Source: Eledone cirrhosa
Taxonomy: Eukaryota
DNA: 64,000 nt
Direction: 5' to 3'
Assembly (NCBI GenBank): GCA_964016885.1
Contig: OZ024741.1
Span: 130,882,001-130,946,000 of the forward strand
Every line of letters begins with the position of its first letter. Position 1 is the stretch's first letter. Made by a program: the position numbers and the translations under genes. Positions 55,801 through 64,000 of this stretch are shown here, one piece after another. Below the pieces are notes generated by a model, which saw only the letters and a list, made by a program, of their open reading frames with translations, was not told where the DNA came from and did no database searches.

Positions 55801-57500
55801 CATATTTGTCTGCGTAACTCGGGTTGGAAGCGGTGAACATACAACTTTACACATCATATTTGTCTGTGTAACTAGGGTTGGAAGCAGTGAACATATAACT
55901 TTACACATCATATTTGTCTGTGGAACTAGGGTTGGAAGCGGTGAACATATAACTTTACACATCATATTTGTCTGTCTAACTAGGGTTGGAAGCAGTGAAC
56001 ATATAACTTTACACATCATATTTGTCTGTGTAACTAGGGTTGGAAGCAGTGAACATATAACTTTACACATCATATTTGTCTGTATAACTAGGTTTGGAAG
56101 CGGTGAACATATAACTTTGCACATCATATTTGTCTGTGTAACTAGGGTTGGAAGCAGTGAACATATAACTTTACACATCATATTTGTCTGTGTAACTAGT
56201 GTTGGAAGCAGTGAACATATAACTTTACACATCATATTTGTCTGTGGAACTAGGGTTGGAAGCAGTGAACATAGAACTTTACACATCATATTTGTCTGTG
56301 TAACTAGGGTTGGAAGCAGTGAACATATAACTTTACACATCATATTTGTCTGTGTAACTCGGGTTGGAAGCGGTGAACATATAACTTGACACATCATATT
56401 TGTCTGTGGAACTAGGGTTCGAAGCGGTGAACATATAACTTTACACATCATATTTGTCTGTGTAACTAGTGTTGGAAGCAGTGAACATATAACTTTACAC
56501 ATCATATTTGTCTGTGTAACTAGGGTTGGAAGCGGTGAACATATAACTTTACACATCATATTTGTCTGTGTAACTAGGGTTGGAAGCAGTGAACATATAA
56601 CTTTACACATCATATTTGTCTGCGTAACTCGGGTTGGAAGCGGTGAACATATAACTTTACACATCATATTTGTCTGTGTAACTAGGGTTGGAAGCAGTGA
56701 ACATATAACTTTACACATCATATTTGTCTGTGTAACTAGGGTTGGAAGCAGTGAACATATAACTTTACACATCATATTTGTCTGCGTAACTCGGGTTGGA
56801 AGCGGTGAACATATAACTTGACACATCATATTTGTCTGTGGAACTAGGGTTCGAAGCGGTGAACATATAACTTTACACATCATATTTGTCTGTGTAACTA
56901 GTGTTGGAAGCAGTGAACATATAACTTTACACATCATATTTGTCTGTGTAACTAGGGTTGGAAGCGGTGAACATATAACTTTACACATCATATTTGTCTG
57001 TGTAACTAGGGTTGGAAGCAGTGAACATATAACTTTACACATCATATTTGTCTGTGTAACTAGGGTTGGAAGCGGTGAACATATAACTTTACACATCATA
57101 TTTGTCTGTGTAACTAGGGTTGGAAGCAGTGAACATATAACTTTACACATCATATTTGTCTGTGTAACTAGGGTTGGAAGCGGTGAACATATAACTTTAC
57201 ACATCATATTTGTCTGTGTAACTAGGGTTGGAAGCAGTGAACATATAACTTTACACATCATATTTGACTGTGTAACTAGGGTTGGAAGCGGTGAACATAT
57301 AACTTTACACATCATATTTGTCTGTGTAACTAGGGTTGGAAGCAGTGAACATATAACATTACAAATCATATTTGTCTGTGTAACTAGGGTTGGAAGCAGT
57401 GAACATATAATTTAACACATCATATTTGTCTGTGTAACTAGGGTTGGAAGCAGTGAACATATAACTTTACACATCATATTTGTCTGTGTAACTAGGGTTG
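40900..57500. repeat. Duplicated block with an offset of ~10.6 kb (196-197 monomers) and internal sub-duplications
   Basis: ORFs 42670..43113 and 53254..53697, and the ORF stops at 43120 and 53704, are offset by 10584. The rare variants TTACTCATC (~43589/54173) and GTTAGAAGCGG (~43943/54527) are shared. Further copies of the 147-aa segment lie at 47962 and 50662. Confidence 0.8.
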
Positions 57501-60500
57501 GAAGCGGTGAACATATAACTTTACACATCATATTTGTCTGTGTAACTAGGGTTGGAAGCGGTGAACATATAACTTTACACGTCATATTTGTCTGTGTAAC
57601 TAGGGTTGGAAGCAGTGAACATATAACTTTACACATCATATTTGTCTTTGTAACTAGGGTTGGAAGCAGTGAACATATAACTTTACACATCATATTGTCT
57701 GTGTAACTAGGGTTGGAAGCAGTGAACATATAACTTTACACATCATATTTGTCTGTGTAACTCGGGTTGGAAGCGGTGAACATATAACTTGACACATCAT
57801 ATTTGTCTGTGGAACTAGGGTTCGAAGCGGTGAACATATAACTTTACACATCATATTTGTCTGTGTAACTAGGATTGGAAGCAGTGAACATATAACTTTA
57901 CACATCATATTTGTCTGTGTAACTAGGGTTGGAAGCGGTGAACATATAACTTTACACATCATATTTGTCTGTGTAACTAGGGTTGGAAGCAGTGAACATA
58001 TAACTTTACACAACATATTTGTCTGTGTAACTAGGGTTGGAAGCGGTGAACATATAACTTTACACATCATATTTGTCTGTGTAACTAGGGTTGGAAGCAG
58101 TGAACATACAACTTTACACATCATATTTGACTGTGTAACTAGGGTTGGAAGCAGTGAACATATAACTTTACACATCATATTTGTCTGTGTAACTAGGGTT
58201 GGAAGCAGTGAACATATAACTTTACACATCATATTTGTCTATGTAACTAGGGTTGGAAGCAGTGAACATATAACTTTACACATCATATTTGTCTGTGTAA
58301 CTCGGGTTGGAAGCGGTGAACATATAACTTGACACATCATATTTGTCTGTGGAACTAGGGTTCGAAGCGGTGAACATATAACTTTACACATCATATTTGT
58401 CTGTGTAACTAGGGTTGGAAGCAGTGAACATATAACTTTACACATCATATTTGTCTGTGTAACTAGGGTTGGAAGCGGGGAACATATAACTTTACACGTC
58501 ATATTTGTCTGTGTAACTAGGGTTGGAAGCAGTGAACATATAACTTTACACATCATATTTGTCTGTGTAACTAGGGTTGGAAGCGGTGAACATATAACTT
58601 TACCCATCATATTTGTCTGTGTAACTAGGGTTGGAAGCGGTGAACATATAACTTTACACATCATATTTGTCTTTGTAACTAGGGTTGGAAGCAGTGAACA
58701 TATAACTTTACACATCATATTTGTCTGTGTAACTAGGGTTGGAAGCAGTGAACATATAACTTTACACATCATATTTGTCTGCGTAACTCGGGTTGGAAGC
58801 GGTGAACATATAACTTTACACATCATATGTGTCTGTGTAACTAGGGTTGGAAGCAGTGAACATATAACTTTACACATCATATTTGTCTGTGTAACTAGGG
58901 TTGGAAGCAGTGAACATATAAATTTACACATCATATTTGTCTGTGTAACTAGGGTTGGAAGCAGTGAACATATAACTTTACACATCATATTTGTCTGCGT
59001 AACTCGGGTTGGAAGCGGTGAACATATAACTTTACACATCATATTTGTCTGTGTAACTAGGGTTAGAAGCGGTGAACATATAACTTTACACATCATATTT
59101 GTCTGCGTAACTCAGGTTGGAAGCAGTGAACATATAACTTTACACATCATATTTGACTGTGTAACTAGGGTTGGAAGCAGTGAACATATAACTTTACACA
59201 TCATATTTGTCTGTGTAACTAGGGTTGGAAGCAGTGAACATATAACTTTACACATCATATTTGTCTGTGTAACTAGGGTTGGAAGCAGTGAACATATAAC
59301 TTTACACATCATATTTGACTGTGTAACTAGGGTTGGAAGCAGTGAACATATAACTTTACACATCATATTTGTCTGCGTAACTCGAGTTGGAAGCGGTGAA
59401 CATACAACTTTACACATCATATTTGTCTGTGTAACTAGGGTTGGAAGCAGTGAACATATAACTTTACACATCATATTTGTCTTTGGAACTAGGGTTGGAA
59501 GCGGTGAACATATAACTTTACACATCATATTTGTCTGCGTAACTCGGGTTGGAAGCGGTGAACATATAACTTTACACATCATATTTGTCTGTGTAACTAG
59601 GGTTGGAAGCAGTGAACATATAACTTTACACATCATATTTGTCTGTGTAACTAGGGTTGGAAGCAGTGAACATATAACTTTACACATCATATTTGTCTGC
59701 GTAATTCGGGTTGGAAGCGGTGAACATATAACTTTACACATCATATTTGTCTGTGTAACTAGGGTTGGAAGCGGTGAACATATAACTTTACACATCATAT
59801 TTGTCTGTGGAACTAGGGTTGGAAGCAGTGAACATATAACTTTACACATCATATTTGTCTGCGTAACTCGGGTTGGAAGCAGTGAACATATAACTTTACA
59901 CATCATATTTGACTGTGTAACTAGGGTTGGAAGCAGTGAACATATAACTTTACACATCATATTTGTCTGTGTAACTAGGGTTGGAAGCAGTGAACATATA
60001 ACTTTACACATCATATTTGTCTGTGTAACTAGGGTTGGAAGCAGTGAACATATAACTTTACACATCATATTTGTCTGCGTAACTCGGGTTGGAAGCGGTG
60101 AACATACAACTTTACACATCATATTTGTCTGTGTAACTAGGGTTGGAAGCAGTGAACATATAACTTTACACATCATATTTGTCTGTGGAACTAGGGTTGG
60201 AAGCGGTGAACATATAACTTTACACATCATATTTGTCTGTCTAACTAGGGTTGGAAGCAGTGAACATATAACTTTACACATCATATTTGTCTGTGTAACT
60301 AGGGTTGGAAGCAGTGAACATATAACTTTACACATCATATTTGTCTGTATAACTAGGTTTGGAAGCGGTGAACATATAACTTTGCACATCATATTTGTCT
60401 GTGTAACTAGGGTTGGAAGCAGTGAACATATAACTTTACACATCATATTTGTCTGTGTAACTAGTGTTGGAAGCAGTGAACATATAACTTTACACATCAT

Positions 60501-61269
60501 ATTTGTCTGTGGAACTAGGGTTGGAAGCAGTGAACATAGAACTTTACACATCATATTTGTCTGTGTAACTAGGGTTGGAAGCAGTGAACATATAACTTTA
60601 CACATCATATTTGTCTGTGTAACTCGGGTTGGAAGCGGTGAACATATAACTTGACACATCATATTTGTCTGTGGAACTAGGGTTCGAAGCGGTGAACATA
60701 TAACTTTACACATCATATTTGTCTGTGTAACTAGTGTTGGAAGCAGTGAACATATAACTTTACACATCATATTTGTCTGTGTAACTAGGGTTGGAAGCGG
60801 TGAACATATAACTTTACACATCATATTTGTCTGTGTAACTAGGGTTGGAAGCAGTGAACATATAACTTTACACATCATATTTGTCTGCGTAACTCGGGTT
60901 GGATGCGCTGAACATATAACTTTACACATCATATTTGTCTGTGTAACTAGGGTTGGAAGCAGTGAACATATAACTTTACACATCATATTTGTCTGTGTAA
61001 CTAGGGTTGGAAGCAGTGAACATATAACTTTACACATCATATTTGTCTGCGTAACTCGGGTTGGAAGCGGTGAACATATAACTTGACACATCATATTTGT
61101 CTGTGGAACTAGGGTTCGAAGCGGTGAACATATAACTTTACACATCATATTTGTCTGTGTAACTAGGGTTGGAAGCAGTGAACATATAACTTTACACATC
61201 ATATTTGTCTGTGTAACTAGGGTTGGAAGCGGTGAACATATAACTTTACACATCATATTCGTCTGTGTA

Positions 61270-63750
61270 ACTAGGGTTGGAAGCGGTGAACATATAACTT
61301 TACACATCATATTTGTCTGTGTAACTAGGGTTGGAAGCGGTGAACATATAACTTTACACATCATATTCGTCTGTGTAACTAGGGTTGGAAGCAGTGAACA
61401 TATAACTTTACACATCATATTTGTCTGTGTAACTAGGGTTGGAAGCGGTGAACATATAACTTTACACATCATATTTGTCTGTGTAACTAGGGTTGGAAGC
61501 AGTGAACATACAACTTTACACATCATATTTGACTGTGTAACTAGGGTTGGAAGCAGTGAACATATAACTTTACACATCATATTTGTCTGTGGAACTAGGG
61601 TTGGAAGCAGTGAACATATAACTTTACACATCATATTTGTCTGTGTAACTCGGGTTGGAAGCGGTGAACATATAACTTGACACATCATATTTGTCTGTGG
61701 AACTAGGGTTCGAAGCGGTGAACATATAACTTTACACATCATATTTGTCTGTGTAACTAGGGTTGGAAGCAGTGAACATATAACTTTACACATCATATTT
61801 GTCTGTGTAACTAGGGTTGGAAGCGGTGAACATATAACTTTACACGTCATATTTGTCTGTGTAACTAGGGTTGGAAGCAGTGAACATATAACTTTACACA
61901 TCATATTTGTCTGTGTAACTAGGGTTGGAAGCGGTGAACATATAACTTTACCCATCATATTTGTCTGTGTAACTAGGGTTGGAAGCGGTGAACATATAAC
62001 TTTACACATCATATTTGTCTTTGTAACTAGGGTTGGAAGCAGTGAACATATAACTTTACACATCATATTTGTCTGTGTAACTAGGGTTGGAAGCAGTGAA
62101 CATATAACTTTACACATCATATTTGTCTGCGTAACTCGGGTTGGAAGCTGTGAACATATAACTTTACACATCATATTTGTCTGTGTAACAAGGGTTGGAA
62201 GCAGTGAACATATAACTTTACACATCATATTTGTCTGTGTAACTAGGGTTGGAAGCAGTGAACATATAAATTTACACATCATATTTGTCTGTGTAACTAG
62301 GGTTGGAAGCAGTGAACATATAACTTTACACATCATATTTGTCTGCGTAACTCGGGTTGGAAGCGGTGAACATATAACTTTACACATCATATTTGTCTGT
62401 GGAACTAGGGTTGGAAGCGGTGAACATATAACTTTACACATCATATTTGTCTGTGTAACTAGGGTTGGAAGCAGTGAACATATAACTTTACACATCATAT
62501 TTGTCTGTGTAACTAGGGTTGGAAGCGGTGAACATATAACTTTACACATCATATTTGTCTGTGTAACTAGGGTTGGAAGCGGTGAACATATAACTTTACA
62601 CATCATATTCGTCTGTGTAACTAGGGTTGGAAGCAGTGAACATATAACTTTACACATCATATTTGTCTGTGTAACTAGGGTTGGAAGCGGTGAACATATA
62701 ACTTTACACATCATATTTGTCTGTGTAACTAGGGTTGGAAGCAGTGAACATACAACTTTACACATCATATTTGACTGTGTAACTAGGGTTGGAAGCAGTG
62801 AACATATAACTTTACACATCATATTTGTCTGTGGAACTAGGGTTGGAAGCAGTGAACATATAACTTTACACATCATATTTGTCTGTGTAACTCGGGTTGG
62901 AAGCGGTGAACATATAACTTGACACATCATATTTGTCTGTGGAACTAGGGTTCGAAGCGGTGAACATATAACTTTACACATCATATTTGTCTGTGTAACT
63001 AGGGTTGGAAGCAGTGAACATATAACTTTACACATCATATTTGTCTGTGTAACTAGGGTTGGAAGCGGTGAACATATAACTTTACACGTCATATTTGTCT
63101 GTGTAACTAGGGTTGGAAGCAGTGAACATATAACTTTACACATCATATTTGTCTGTGTAACTAGGGTTGGAAGCGGTGAACATATAACTTTACCCATCAT
63201 ATTTGTCTGTGTAACTAGGGTTGGAAGCGGTGAACATATAACTTTACACATCATATTTGTCTTTGTAACTAGGGTTGGAAGCAGTGAACATATAACTTTA
63301 CACATCATATTTGTCTGTGTAACTAGGGTTGGAAGCAGTGAACATATAACTTTACACATCATATTTGTCTGCGTAACTCGGGTTGGAAGCTGTGAACATA
63401 TAACTTTACACATCATATTTGTCTGTGTAACAAGGGTTGGAAGCAGTGAACATATAACTTTACACATCATATTTGTCTGTGTAACTAGGGTTGGAAGCAG
63501 TGAACATATAAATTTACACATCATATTTGTCTGTGTAACTAGGGTTGGAAGCAGTGAACATATAACTTTACACATCATATTTGTCTGCGTAACTCGGGTT
63601 GGAAGCGGTGAACATATAACTTTACACATCATATTTGTCTGTGGAACTAGGGTTGGAAGCGGTGAACATATAACTTTACACATCATATTTGTCTGTGTAA
63701 CTAGGGTTGGAAGCAGTGAACATATAACTTTACACATCATATTTGTCTGT
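61270..63750. repeat. Tandem duplication with a 23-monomer (1242 bp) period
   Basis: The private variant GAAGCTGTG (C at 62148 and 63390) and ATTCGTC (61368/62610) recur with identical intervening variant order. Confidence 0.88.
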
Positions 63751-64000
63751 CTAACTAGGTTTGGAAGCGGTGAACATATAACTTTACACATCATATTTGA
63801 CTGTGTAACTAGGGTTGGAAGCAGTGAACATATAACTTTACACATCATATTTGTCTGTGTAACTAGGGTTGGAAGCGGTGAACATATAACTTTACACATC
63901 ATATTTGTCTGTGTAACTAGGGTTGGAAGCAGTGAACATATAACTTTACACATCATATTTGTCTGTGTAACTAGGGTTGGAAGCGGTGAACATATAACTT

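Larger units (their letters stand above)
1..64000. repeat. 54-bp tandem satellite array, 1185 full monomers plus 17 bp, running off both window ends
   Basis: The monomer CAGTGAACATATAACTTTACACATCATATTTGTCTGTGTAACTAGGGTTGGAAG recurs every 54 bp, usually with 0-3 substitutions. The last monomer starts at 63984 = 1 + 1185x54 - 7, which matches 2 insertions and 9 deletions. No inversion or foreign insert was seen. Confidence 0.99.
20400..64000. repeat. Right subfamily domain of the satellite
   Basis: Diagnostic variants are GGTTCGAAG (first ~21163), TTTGACTG (first 20821), GTCTTTGTA, TGTCTAACT, ACACGTC, TACCCATC, ATAAATTTAC, frequent ACTTGACAC and the -1 deletion CATATTGTC. The boundary is approximate. 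Confidence 0.85.

Noticed and set aside
59112-63956. 1614-aa minus-strand ORF and the other (MMCKVICSLLPTLVTQTN)n ORFs
   Set aside because: These are the antisense open frame of the same monomer. ORF ends coincide with recurrent satellite variants such as GTCTATG and ATTTAAC.
1-64000. CRISPR array (hairpin-containing repeat with a regular period)
   Set aside because: There are no unique spacers, since all 54 bp are repeated, and no cas genes or leader are present.
1-64000. Rolling-circle, telomerase or reverse-transcriptase concatemer, or an amplification artefact
   Set aside because: Copying one short template would give identical units or independent errors. Here the variants are inherited in nested multi-kb blocks, as expected for a chromosomal array evolving by duplication. 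No RT gene is in the window.
1-64000. Variant order as an encoded message or programmed diversification system
   Set aside because: The pattern is adequately explained by point mutation plus in-register duplication and deletion, and no associated enzyme or template is visible.

Overview
The whole 64 kb window is one uninterrupted head-to-tail satellite DNA array, with no unique sequence and no edge visible. The monomer is 54 bp (consensus CAGTGAACATATAACTTTACACATCATATTTGTCTGTGTAACTAGGGTTGGAAG, 19/54 = ~35% GC). There are 1185 full copies plus 17 bp, all in one orientation. The phase from base 1 to base 63984 is accounted for exactly by two +1 and nine -1 single-base indels. I see no credible gene, RNA gene, transposon or CRISPR array. 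The long ORFs on both strands arise because 54 is a multiple of 3 and one frame per strand lacks a stop codon. The information lies in the pattern of monomer variants. These show nested duplications (2-, 3-, 6-, 13-, 23-, 29-, 36-, 46-, 82-, 114-, ~148- and ~196-monomer offsets), two subfamily domains that switch at about 19-21 kb, many CpG/TpG/CpA polymorphisms, a small hairpin in each monomer and a telomere-like TAGGGTT core. It is most likely eukaryotic heterochromatic satellite (inference). I cannot name the family or host, and the sequence alone does not support a new protein-coding system.
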